DNA of 28,192 nucleotides from Nitrospiria bacterium (GTDB lineage Bacteria > Nitrospirota > Nitrospiria > JACQCE01), in assembly GCA_035499635.1 (NCBI GenBank), contig DATJYI010000141.1, positions 1 through 28,192 on the forward strand. The letters are read 5' to 3'. Below the pieces are notes generated by a model that ran no database searches, was not told the DNA's origin, and saw nothing but the letters and a program-made list of their open reading frames with translations. Shown piece after piece: positions 7,082-18,799 of the stretch (position 1 is the stretch's first letter; the number at the start of each line of letters is the position of its first letter). Made by a program: the position numbers and the translations under genes.

Positions 7082-8908
7082 TCACGGCGAAAGCGCGTCG
7101 GCCGTTCGACGGGACGCCCGAAAGACAACGACGCTATGCGCACGCAGGCGGTCGGGCAGCGAACTGCCCGAACCGCCCCACCGGCTATCGGCGGAATCGA
7201 TCAGTTTCTCCCACCTCACGGACCGGTCAGGCATCGGCGCCTCCGCGTCAGATTTGCCGAAATTGAACAGACAGCGGACTTCAACGCGATCCGTCCAGCC
7301 CCGCACCGTGAGGACGGGAGAGCCTTCGCTCACCTGCACGTCGAGCCGGTTGCGATCCGGGCGCGCCAGGGGTGGGGTCTCCTTCCTCAACCGGAACAGT
7401 TCGCAATAGTACTCCAACAGCAGGCGGTGCCTGCCGGTGTCGCGCAACGCCCAGGAGAGCTTGGAACGGAGAAACGTCTCTTCCGCCTGTGGATCGGGCG
7501 GTTCCCCGCTCCAGCGAAACGCCAGGAATTCCTCCTTCCGTCCCCTTCTGACAGCCTCTATCAGGCCGGGATCATCGTGGCTGACGAAATAGAGGAAAGG
7601 CGCTTCCTCGCCGTACTCCTCACCCATGAAGAGCAGCGGGACGGCCGGCGCCAGCGCCACCGCGCCTGCCGACAGCTTGAGCGATTCGAAAGAGACGAGC
7701 GTCGACAGCCGGTCGCCGTTCAAGCGGTTGCCCACCTGATCGTGGTTCTGGGCGAAGACGACGAACTGTTCGGCCGGGCGGTCCGCCGAAGGATTACCGT
7801 GGCGTCGCTTGCGGTAGCGGGAATACTGGCCCGAAAAGACGAAGCCGTCGCGCATCGCCTTCGCCATCTGCGCGGCGGAACCGAAATCTTCATAATACCC
7901 CTGCGTTTCGCCGGTCAGCAGCGTGTGCAGCGCATGGTGATAATCGTCGGACCATTGGGCGTCGAGGCCGTACCCGCCGGCGGACCGGGGCCGGAGTATC
8001 CGCGCGTCGTTCAGGTCGCTTTCGGCGATCAGGGCGACCCTCCGGCCCGCGTCGGCCGACCATGCGGCCGTCCGCTCCGCCAGCTCCATTAAAAACGGGC
8101 TCGCGCTCCGGTCCCTGATGCCGTGTACGGCGTCGAGACGCAGCGCGTCGATGTGATAGTGCGAGAACCAATGCAGGGCGTTCTCGATGAAGTAATTTCT
8201 GACCCCATCGCTCCAGGCGTCGTCGAAATTGATGGCTGATCCCCACGGCGTGGTGTACTTGCTCGTGAAGTAGGGGCCGAACTCGGCCAAGTAGTTCCCT
8301 TCGGGGCCGAGGTGGTTGTAGACGACGTCCAGCACGACGGCCAGATCGCGCGCGTGGCAGGCGTCGACCAGCCGCTTGAGCCCCGCCGGTCCGCCGTAGG
8401 CCTGGTGGACGGCAAAGGGTGCGATGCCATCGTAGCCCCAGTTGCGGACGCCGGGAAAAGGGGTGACGGGCATCAGCTCGACGGCCGTGATGCCGACTTC
8501 GCGCAGAGCGTCGAGCCGGGGAATCACGGCGTCGAAGGTGCCGTCGGGCGTGAAGGCGCCGACGTGCAACTCGTACAGGATCATCTCCGCCGCCGGCCGG
8601 CCGCGCCAGTCACCGTCCCCCCACGCGAATGCGGCGTGGTCGATGATTTGAGAGGGGCCGTGCACGCCATCCGGCTGCGCGTGCGACGCCGGATCGGGTC
8701 GCGGCGGCCCGCCGTCCACCAAATACTGGTAGCGACTGTCCGGAGGAACGTCTTTAGCCGCCGCACGCCAGTAGCCGTCGCCGTCCGGCCGCATGGGAAT
8801 CGATTTGGCGGAGGGAGTGACGAGCTGGACCGTCACGGCCTGATGCGGCGGGGCCCAGACGACAAATTCACACCGATGGCCGCCGAGGTAACGGGCGCCG
8901 ATCTTCAC
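7082..8908 (-). CDS. treZ: Malto-oligosyltrehalose trehalohydrolase (GH13)
   Basis: RPDPASHAQPDGVHGPS, WGYDG, DVVYNH, LRLDAVH, AESD, QNHDQVGNR, MGEEYGE. Confidence 0.95.
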   Translation of the reverse strand: MKIGARYLGGHRCEFVVWAPPHQAVTVQLVTPSAKSIPMRPDGDGYWRAAAKDVPPDSRYQYLVDGGPPRPDPASHAQPDGVHGPSQIIDHAAFAWGDGDWRGRPAAEMILYELHVGAFTPDGTFDAVIPRLDALREVGITAVELMPVTPFPGVRNWGYDGIAPFAVHQAYGGPAGLKRLVDACHARDLAVVLDVVYNHLGPEGNYLAEFGPYFTSKYTTPWGSAINFDDAWSDGVRNYFIENALHWFSHYHIDALRLDAVHGIRDRSASPFLMELAERTAAWSADAGRRVALIAESDLNDARILRPRSAGGYGLDAQWSDDYHHALHTLLTGETQGYYEDFGSAAQMAKAMRDGFVFSGQYSRYRKRRHGNPSADRPAEQFVVFAQNHDQVGNRLNGDRLSTLVSFESLKLSAGAVALAPAVPLLFMGEEYGEEAPFLYFVSHDDPGLIEAVRRGRKEEFLAFRWSGEPPDPQAEETFLRSKLSWALRDTGRHRLLLEYYCELFRLRKETPPLARPDRNRLDVQVSEGSPVLTVRGWTDRVEVRCLFNFGKSDAEAPMPDRSVRWEKLIDSADSRWGGSGSSLPDRLRAHSVVVFRASRRTADALSP

Positions 8909-8942
8909 GGGGCGCCCTGTAATTCAAGCGGAGCAGCGCTAC

Positions 8943-10441
8943 TCATCCCCGGCCGTAGATCGTGGTCATGTCGGCCAGCCGGGCGACAATCCGGCGCGTC
9001 ATCTGCTGGGGCAGCACCCGCCATTCCCAGTTGCCGTTCGCGGTCGAGGGGCGGTTCATCCGGGCTTCCTCGCCCAATCCCAGCAGATCCTGCATCGGGA
9101 TGATCACGGTTTCGGCCACCGACATCATCAGCAGGCGGACCAGTTCCCAATGCAGGGTATGCTCGTCAGGTTCCCGGCCCAGATAGCTATAGAGGCGGTG
9201 GAGTTCCTCGGGGCTGATCTCCTTGCGAATCCACCCGCGGATGGTGTTGTTGTCGTGCGTGCCGGTGTAGGCGACGCAGTGGGGCGTAAAGTTGTGCGGC
9301 GCGAACGGGTGCGTGGGCAAATCCGCGCCGAAGGCGAAGAGCAGCAGCTTCATGCCGGGCAGATTGAACCGGTTCATGAGCGCTTTCACGTCGGGGGTAA
9401 TGACGCCCAAATCTTCGGCAATGAGTGGTAAGTGGGGGAATCGTTGTTTGAGTGCTTCGAACAACTCCGCGCCGGGCGCCTCAATCCACCGGCCGTGCTC
9501 CGCAGTGGCGGCGCCGGCCGGCACCTCCCAGAAGGCCGCAAAGCCGCGGAAGTGATCGAGCCGGATGAGATCGTAGAGCGACAGGTTGTGCGCCACGCGC
9601 TTGATCCACCAGTCATAGCCCGTTTCGGCCAGACGGGGCCAGTCGTAGACGGGATTGCCCCAGAGCTGGCCTGTCGCGCTGAAATAATCAGGCGGCACGC
9701 CCGCGACGGCGGTCGGTTGCTTCAACTCGTTCAGTTTGAAATGGTGCGGGTTGACCCAGACATCGGCGCTGTCGTGCTGGAGATAGATCGGCAGGTCGCC
9801 GATGAGACGGATCTGCCGCTCGCGGCAATGACGTTGCAGCTCGTGCCATTGCGCGTGAAACAGGAATTGCTGGAACTGCTCCAGTCTGATCCGGTCGCCA
9901 TACTGCTCCCGTGCCGCCTCGAGCGCCTGCGGGTTGCGGTCCCGCAGCGGCGGCGGCCAGTTGGGCCACGGGTCGCCCCGATGCAGCTCCTTCAGAACAC
10001 GGAACAGGGCGTAATCGCCCAGCCAGCCGGCCTCGTCGCGGGCGAACTGCAAGAACTCCTCGTGGCGATCGAGCGAAGCCTTAGCTCGTTCGAAGGCCAG
10101 TTGAAAGAGGCTATTTTTGAACTCGGCGGCCTGGCCGTAATCGACCCGGTGCGGATCGAACGAGACGGTCGGGTGGCGCAGATCGGCCGACTTGAGCCAG
10201 CCGTGCTGGACCATCACCTCCGGGCTGATGACCAGCGGATTGCCGGCGAAGGCCGACTCGCTGCTGTAGGGGGAATTGCCCAGCGCCGTCGAGGTGGGTG
10301 TGAGGGGAAGGAGCTGCCAATAGTGCTGCCGGCATTCCGCCAGAAAATCGACGAATCGGATGGCCGCCGGTCCCAGGTCCCCGACGCCATAGGGCGAGGG
10401 GAGCGACGTGGGATGCAGGAGAATGCCCGAGCCGCGCCGGG

Positions 10442-10445
<4 letters not shown>
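8943..10445 (-). CDS. malQ: 4-alpha-glucanotransferase (GH77 amylomaltase)
   Basis: GILLHPTSLP, WQLLPL, RLDHFRGF, AEDLG, YTGTHDNNT, MNRPSTANGNWEWR. Confidence 0.96.
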
Positions 10446-12647
<2,202 letters not shown>

Positions 12648-12661
<14 letters not shown>

Positions 12662-14600
12662 GTTTGAACACCAGCATCCCCAGCGGGGGCAGGGTGATGG
12701 AGAGGGAGTGTTCGCGGCCGTGCGCGGGGACCGGCTCTGCGTGCACGCCGCCCCCGTTGCCGTGGTTGCCGCCTCCGTAGACCGACGCGTCGCTGTTCAA
12801 CCGCTCCTGCCACCAGCCGCTCCGCGGGACGCCCACGCGGTACTGTTCGCGGACGATCGGCGTGAAATTGGCCACAATCAGAAACTGCGCCGGCGACTGG
12901 CGCCCCTTGCGGATGAAACTCAACACGCTTTGCTCCCAGTCCTGGGTGTCGACCCATTCGAACCCCTCCAGGCTGAAATCGAGCTCGTGCAGGGCCGGTT
13001 CGTCGCGGTAGAGGTGGTTCAGGTCCCTGACCCACTGCCGCAGCCCGCGGTGCATCGGATACTGTAGCACGTGCCATTCCAGGCTGGTCTCGTGGCTCCA
13101 TTCCGGCACCTGGCCGAACTCGCCTCCCATGAAGAGCAATTTTTTGCCCGGGTGGCCGTACATCAATCCGTAGAGCAGCCGCAGATTGGCAAACCGCTGC
13201 CATTCGTCGCCAGGCATCTTCCCGAGCAGGGAGCCCTTGCCGTGCACCACCTCGTCATGGGAGAGGGGCAGGATGAAATTTTCCGTGAACGCATAGAGCA
13301 GGCCGAACGTCAGGAGATGATGGCGGTATTTTCTGAAGACGGGATCGCTTGAAAAATAATCGAGCGTGTCGTGCATCCAGCCCATCATCCACTTCATGCC
13401 GAAGCCCAGGCCGCCGACCGAGGTCGGCCGCGACACCATCGGCCAGGCGGTCGATTCCTCGGCAATGGTCTGGACATCGGGGTGGCGTTCGTAGACCGTT
13501 TCATTGAGGCGCCGGAGGAAATGAATCGCCTCCAGGTTCTCGCGTCCGCCGTATTCGTTGGGGATCCAGGCGCCGTTTGGTCTCGCGTAGTCGAGATAGA
13601 GCATCGACGCCACGGCGTCGACCCGGAGGCCGTCGATGTGGTAGCGCTCCAGCCAGAACATGGCGCTGCTCAGAAGGAAGCTTCTGACCTCGTTCCGGCC
13701 GTAATTAAAGATGCAGCTGTTCCATTCGGGGTGAAAACCCTTTCGCGGATCGGCGTGCTCGTAGAGGTGGGTGCCGTCGAAATAGACCAGCCCGTGTTCG
13801 TCCGAGGGGAAATGCGACGGGACCCAGTCGAGAATCACACCGATGCCGCGACGGTGGAGCGTGTCCACCAGGTACATGAAGTCCTGCGGCGCGCCGTAGC
13901 GCCCGGTCGGCGCGAAAAAGCCCGTGACCTGATACCCCCAGGAACCGTAGAAGGGATGCTCCATGACCGGGAGCAGCTCCACATGCGTATAGCCCATCTC
14001 CGCGACGTAATCCGCCAACTGGTCGGCCGCCTCTCGATAGGAAAGCGACCTCGCCCCCTCCTCGGGCACGCGACGCCAGGAGCCGAGGTGCACTTCGTAG
14101 ATCGACAGGGGGGCGTTGAGGCCGTTGGCTTCGCGGCGCCTGGCCATCCAGTCATGATCGTGCCATTCGTAGTCGAGCTCCCAGATTAGCGATGCGGTGC
14201 TGGGCGGAACTTCCGCGCGGAAGGCATAGGGATCGGCCTTGGCCACCGCATAGTTGTGGTGGCGGGAGGCGACATGATATTTGTACCGCGCCCCCGGCCC
14301 CGCACCGGGGATGAAGCCTTCCCAGATGCCGGACTCATCGTCGCGCAGGACGAGGGGGTGGCGCTCCGTGCTCCAATTGTTGAAATCCCCGACGACCGAG
14401 ACCTGACTGGCGTTGGGCGCCCAGACGGCAAACAACGTGCCCGCGATGCCCTCGACGGTGGCGGTGTGTGCGCCCATCTTGCGATGCAGATCGGCATGAT
14501 TACCCTGTTTGAAGAGAAAGATGTCGAACGGCGTGAGCAGGCTGACCGGGCCGGTCACCGGCGCGTCCGAAGCTGCAAGCGTCTGATCGGGTTGGCTCAT
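12648..14600 (-). CDS. glgB: 1,4-alpha-glucan branching enzyme
   Basis: [65 protein letters not shown]. Confidence 0.97.
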
Positions 14601-14665
14601 GGCCGGACCGGGCCCCAGGGACTCGGGGGGCAGGGCGGACAGGTGTGTAGACAGTCGACGATCAT
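14597..14665 (-). CDS. Possible 22-aa Cys/Pro-rich ORF coupled to glgB
   Basis: GGGAGGG 5 nt before ATG; [22 protein letters not shown]; its TGA overlaps the glgB ATG (ATGA). Confidence 0.35.
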   Translation of the reverse strand: MIVDCLHTCPPCPPSPWGPVRP

Positions 14666-14900
14666 GGGTGCCCTCCCGCGATGTGGATCATCACGATCAG
14701 CCCCGCCAACAGGGTGGTGGCCCGGCCGGGGGGCTGTTCTTCTCATAGTGTAACTCATACCCGTCATTATGCAACAGCCATGCGCGAAGGAGGCGGTCGA
14801 TCTCCTCCTGACCCTTGGGAACGACGGCGCGTTGCCTGACGTCCATCTGGACGGCCGACGGACGACACCGCCCAGGTCGCGGAGATAGGAGCGGCCTCCG
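14662..14900 (-). pseudogene. Frameshifted C-terminal remnant of a maltokinase (Mak/Pep2 or TreS-Mak)
   Basis: VVPKGQEEIDRLLRAWLLHNDGYELHYEKNSPPA then, after a 1-nt shift, [12 protein letters not shown]; resembles the remembered Mak C-terminal pattern LLxAYLLEKAxYELxYELNNRPxWxxIPLxG and lies in the usual position upstream of glgB. Confidence 0.55.
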
Positions 14901-14925
14901 GACGCCCGATCCCGCCATTCCATTC

Positions 14926-15186
14926 GAGGCGTCATCCGTTTATAGGCGCTCGCGTCGCCCCCTCCCCAGCGGGGACAGTCCGTTCCTGGGGACGGATCAA
15001 ATCTGTCCCCGCCCGTGGAGTCTCCCCCTCTCGCTCGCGTTGCTCGCTGGATTCCGCCTGTGGCGGATGCCCCCCCGGCGGCGTGATCCGCCTCTGGCGG
15101 AAGGGGACCCCGCCCTGAGGCGAGGGTGAATGCAGCTGTTGCGCACGCAATGCGCATCCAGTCAAGCACCCCGGGCTCGCCCGGGG
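14926..15186. repeat. Non-coding hairpin-rich mosaic repeat, copy B
   Basis: Same blocks, order and orientation as copy A (14948-14963, 15011-15050, 15108-15131, 15169-15186); contains an inverted palindrome doublet at 15052-15102. Confidence 0.85.
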
Positions 15187-15411
15187 GCATCCATCAAGAA
15201 ATCCTGGAATCCCGGTCCCAATCATGTTTGTCTTCCCCGGCATGGATGCGCTTCGTCATTCGGCGCCTCGCCCGCATGACGGGTGGATTCCGCTCTCAGG
15301 TTGATTCGCGTGCGGATGGAAAGGGATTGCGCGATCACGGAATGGTGATCTCGGAAAGGACGCGAGTCGGGGAACGGTCCGAAGCCGTCGACTGCACGGC
15401 GACATTTTCTA

Positions 15412-15439
15412 TTTATAACACAACGACTGATGATTGCAA
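15412..15439 (-). promoter_or_regulatory. Sigma70-like promoter pointing through repeat B into the glgB operon
   Basis: TTGCAA (15439-15434), 16 bp, TATAAA (15417-15412) with TGn extension, in the only AT-rich patch of the divergent region. Confidence 0.5.
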
Positions 15440-15513
15440 ACCCGGCGACGGGTTGCGGTTCCGCCGGAAAAGATTTAAAGTAAAGACAATTATCACCGGA
15501 TCGGGGACCGCAG

Positions 15514-16989
15514 ATGCGCATTCTGTTCGTGTCGTCGGAAGTGGCGCCGTTCGCCAAGACCGGGGGACTGGCCGATGTGTCGGGGGCGCTGCCCGCCGCG
15601 CTGGCACGGCTGGGCCATGACGTTAAGATCGTGATGCCGAAATATGCGGCGGTCGACGACCGCCGCTGGATGCTGACGGCCGGTCGCGACATCGCCGTGA
15701 ACGTGGCCGGACGGGACGTCCGATTCACGCTGTGGTCGGGCCGGTTGCCCGACGGCCCGCCCGGCAATCCCGTCGGCTGTTATTTGCTGGGCCATGACCA
15801 TTTCTTCGGGCGGGCCGGCCTGTATCAGGAGAAAGGCCGTGACTATCCCGACAATCTCGAACGGTTCTCCGCGTTCAGCCGCGCGGCGATGGAGGTGCCG
15901 CAGGCGTTGACCTGGAGTCCTGACGTCGTCCACGCCAACGACTGGCAGACGGCGTTGATCCCGCTCTATCTGCGGACGGCGGGTCACCGGATGCCGGGGG
16001 AGGCAGTGCCGGCGACGCTCTTCACCATTCACAATCTCGGGTATATGGGTTTGAGCCCGGCCGATGGATTTCCGCTGCTCGACCTGCCGCCCGCCTACTT
16101 TACGCCGGAGACGCTGGAATTTTACGGCCAGGTCAATCCGCTCAAGGCCGGCCTGCTCTTCTCAACGGTGTTGAACACGGTCAGCCCGACCTACAGCCGG
16201 GAGATTCAAACGCCGGAATTCGGATGCGGCCTCGAGGGCGTGCTGCAACTCCGGCGGCGGGACCTGTTCGGCGTCATCAACGGCGCCGATTATTCGCAGT
16301 GGAGCCCGTCCCGCGACCCCCACCTGCCCGCGCGCTACGATTCGGAGGATCTGGAGGGCAAGCGGGTCTGCAAGCGGGCGCTGCAGAAAGCCTGCGGCCT
16401 GCCGGCCAAGGCGGCGCCGCTCCTCGGCATGATCACCCGCTTGACCGCCCAGAAAGGCGTCGACCTGGTGCTGGACGCGCTGGAGGAATTGATGCAGCTG
16501 GAGCTGCAGCTGGTCATCTTGGGGAGCGGGGAGCCGCAGCTCGAGCAGGCGCTGCAACGGGCGGCGGAGCGCTATCCGACGAAACTGTCCGTGCGGCTGG
16601 CCTTCGATGAACCCTTCGCACACCGGATCGAAGCGGGCGCCGATGGGTACCTCATGCCGTCGAAGTACGAGCCGTGCGGGTTGAACCAGCTCTATAGTCT
16701 TCGGTACGGGACGATTCCGATTGCCCGGAGGACCGGCGGGCTGGCGGACACGATCATCGACGCGACACCGAGCCATCTGGCCGCGGGGACGGCAACCGGG
16801 GTGCTGTTTGAGACCGCCAGCGGTCACGAGCTGCTCACCGCCGTCCGGCTGACGTTGGGCCTGTATCACCAGCGCGCCGTCTGGTCCAGGATGATCCAGG
16901 CGGCGATGGCGGCCGATTTTTCATGGGAACGGTCGGCGCGGGAGTATGTGGCGCTCTACGAACGGGCGATCAAAGCGGCTGGCCAATGA
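15514..16989 (+). CDS. glgA: Glycogen synthase (ADP-glucose type)
   Basis: MRILFVSSEVAPFAKTGGLADV, DWQT, NTVSPTYSREI, PSKYEPCGLNQL, TGGLADT. Confidence 0.97.
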   Translation: MRILFVSSEVAPFAKTGGLADVSGALPAALARLGHDVKIVMPKYAAVDDRRWMLTAGRDIAVNVAGRDVRFTLWSGRLPDGPPGNPVGCYLLGHDHFFGRAGLYQEKGRDYPDNLERFSAFSRAAMEVPQALTWSPDVVHANDWQTALIPLYLRTAGHRMPGEAVPATLFTIHNLGYMGLSPADGFPLLDLPPAYFTPETLEFYGQVNPLKAGLLFSTVLNTVSPTYSREIQTPEFGCGLEGVLQLRRRDLFGVINGADYSQWSPSRDPHLPARYDSEDLEGKRVCKRALQKACGLPAKAAPLLGMITRLTAQKGVDLVLDALEELMQLELQLVILGSGEPQLEQALQRAAERYPTKLSVRLAFDEPFAHRIEAGADGYLMPSKYEPCGLNQLYSLRYGTIPIARRTGGLADTIIDATPSHLAAGTATGVLFETASGHELLTAVRLTLGLYHQRAVWSRMIQAAMAADFSWERSAREYVALYERAIKAAGQ

Positions 16990-17015
16990 AGGACGACTGC
17001 CAATGAAGGACGACT
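16982..17015 (+). repeat. Perfect 17-bp tandem duplication across the glgA stop codon
   Basis: GCCAATGAAGGACGACT at 16982-16998 and 16999-17015. Confidence 0.95.
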
Positions 17016-17145
17016 AATGGATGGGGTCTGCATTCCAGGGTGTGCAACACCCGTCATACAACCAACGGGGGAAGAGCCGGCGCGTGGGGGCGATGGAGGT
17101 GTGGTCTCGTTTCCGGACGGTTCCCCTGTCAATGACTGAACTCTC

Positions 17146-17172
17146 CCTGATCGCCTCCGGCGGATGATCAGG
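17146..17172. repeat. REP-like palindrome between convergent genes
   Basis: CCTGATC...GATCAGG arms enclosing CGCC-TCC-GGCG, related to the CCGCC-NNN-GGCGG units of repeat B. Confidence 0.55.
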
Positions 17173-17204
17173 CAGGGTGTTCTTCACATGCGAGCGGATC
17201 GCAT

Positions 17205-17573
17205 TCAATCGTACCCGAACCGTTCCAGGCTTTCCTCGCCGAAGCCGAAATGGTGGGCGATCTCGTGCACCACCGTGATCTCGATCTCTCGGATCAGCTC
17301 CTCCCGATCGGGAAAGTCCTCCTCCAGCGGGCCCTGATACAAGACGATCATGTCCGGCAGCGCGCCGGCGTCGCCGGAGTTTTTCTCCGTCAGAGGGGTG
17401 CCGCGGTAGAGGCCGTAGACGAGCTCGTCGGGATCGCCGTACATGTCGGCCATTTCCTGCGGATCCGGCCAGGATTCGATGACGATCGCCACGTTGTCAA
17501 GCGCCGCACGGAATTCTTCCGGAATGCGGGCCAAGGATTGGTGGACGATCGCCTCGAATTCTTTGCGCCGCAT
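17205..17573 (-). CDS. Minimal zincin-like metallopeptidase (Zincin_1 type)
   Basis: GLYRGTPL, PDMIVLYQGPL, TVVHEIAHHFG (HExxH). Confidence 0.88.
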   Translation of the reverse strand: MRRKEFEAIVHQSLARIPEEFRAALDNVAIVIESWPDPQEMADMYGDPDELVYGLYRGTPLTEKNSGDAGALPDMIVLYQGPLEEDFPDREELIREIEITVVHEIAHHFGFGEESLERFGYD

Positions 17574-17633
17574 TGATGCGCCTCACTGGCTCCGGATGGA
17601 CGTCTCGGATGAGAGCAGGGTGCTGGGCGACGG

Positions 17634-18479
17634 TTAGGGAGCGGGGGACGGTTTCCTGGAGGTCGGTGCGTGCGACTTCCGGCCCCTGGACAGTCCGCGG
17701 GGAGGCGGACCCCAGAGGCGTTTGCGGATCATGTACCATCCCACGACCAGGATGAGGACGACGCTTACGGCGTGCGGAGCGCGGATCGGGCCGATCATCA
17801 AATCCTCCGCCCGGAAGCTGCTCACGATCGACCGGTCGATCGAATAGAGCACCAGATAGCTCAGGAACAGGAATCCATCCTGAAAGGGGCGCGTGCGGAT
17901 CGACCAGAGGAGGGCGAAAATGAGCAGATTGAGTCCCAGTTCGTAGAGCATGGCGGGATGCACCGGCACTTGGCCGAATTGGTCGCCGGCCGGGCTCCCG
18001 AGCGGGAAGACGATGCCCCAGGGCATGGCGGTGGGGTAACCGTGGATTTCCCCGTTCATGAAATTGCCCCATCGGCCGAACGCCTGCCCCAGGATGATGC
18101 TCGGGGCGCCGGCGTCGGCGAGCTTCCAGAAGGGCACCCGATGGCGGACGACATACCACCACCCCGACAACGCGCCGCCGATCAATCCGCCGTGGATCGC
18201 GAGCCCGCCGTGCCAGATGGCCGGGATTTCCAGCGGGTGGCCGGCATAGTACGACCAGTTGAACGCCACATAATAAATGCGTGCGCCGAGTATGCCGCAC
18301 AGGTAGACGATCGCCAGAAAGTCCCAGCGTTGTTCATCGGAGAGCGGGAGCCCCTTCCTCCGAATCTCCTTGCCCAGCAGCCAGCCGCCGACGAAAAATG
18401 CGATGACGTACATCACGCCGTACCAGCGGATGGTGATCGGGCCGATCTGGATCAGGACCGGATGCACAGGGGCTACCAT
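17634..18479 (-). CDS. lgt: Prolipoprotein diacylglyceryl transferase
   Basis: IGPITIRWYG, GARIYYV, GGLAIHGG, GRWGNFMNGE, HPAMLYE. Confidence 0.96.
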   Translation of the reverse strand: MVAPVHPVLIQIGPITIRWYGVMYVIAFFVGGWLLGKEIRRKGLPLSDEQRWDFLAIVYLCGILGARIYYVAFNWSYYAGHPLEIPAIWHGGLAIHGGLIGGALSGWWYVVRHRVPFWKLADAGAPSIILGQAFGRWGNFMNGEIHGYPTAMPWGIVFPLGSPAGDQFGQVPVHPAMLYELGLNLLIFALLWSIRTRPFQDGFLFLSYLVLYSIDRSIVSSFRAEDLMIGPIRAPHAVSVVLILVVGWYMIRKRLWGPPPRGLSRGRKSHAPTSRKPSPAP

Positions 18480-18510
18480 AGCAGAATCGTCCGCGCCCCG
18501 GCAACGGTCG

Positions 18511-18539
18511 TTGCATCCGGCCGCCTCTCAGTGTAAAAT
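18511..18539 (+). promoter_or_regulatory. Sigma70-like promoter for the 80-aa ORF
   Basis: TTGCAT (18511-18516), 17 bp, TAAAAT (18534-18539); palindrome GCAAC-GGTC-GTTGC (18501-18514) overlaps the -35. Confidence 0.6.
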
Positions 18540-18556
18540 TTCCGACTAGCACAGCC

Positions 18557-18799
18557 ATGGCACGATCATCCAAGTCACAGAAGCCGCGTTCGCCGGACCG
18601 GCCCCCGCGGAAACGGTCCGCGTCTCCGCCCAAGGCGGCCCGGCACGAGGAGAAGCCACCCGTCTCCCCGCGCCGGATCGAGATCCCTTTGATCTCAACG
18701 CCCAATGACCAGATGGAAATGGAACGGGAGATGGAAGAGCTGTTTAACGAGGAGAAGGTGACCCATCGGCACGGCGGGACCGAGCCCGAGCGTGACTGA
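18557..18799 (+). CDS. Small hypothetical protein with basic N-half and acidic C-half
   Basis: Fills the gap between lgt and rnd and follows a good promoter; 3' end overlaps the rnd 3' end by 56 bp. Confidence 0.6.
   Translation: MARSSKSQKPRSPDRPPRKRSASPPKAARHEEKPPVSPRRIEIPLISTPNDQMEMEREMEELFNEEKVTHRHGGTEPERD

Noticed and set aside
14630-14650. HTCPPCP identical to part of the IgG1 hinge
   Set aside because: Seven-residue coincidence in a C-rich tract; no vector or eukaryotic context
14597-15190. 197-aa minus-strand ORF from the track
   Set aside because: Chimeric read-through of repeat B, pseudogene debris and the 22-aa ORF
15240-15300. Riboswitch-like fragments (CTCTCAGG on plus; CTGAGA...ACCCG on minus)
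   Set aside because: Partner motifs for glycine (GGAGA...CCGAAG) or TPP (ACCTGAT) aptamers are absent on the same strand
15435-15456. GCAAA-CCCG-GCGA-CGGG hairpin resembling c-di-GMP-I P2
   Set aside because: Not followed by the GACGCAAA/tetraloop-receptor part; overlaps promoter elements
17014-17208. 64-aa minus-strand ORF after the zincin gene
   Set aside because: TTG start without RBS, crosses palindromic repeats, no motif
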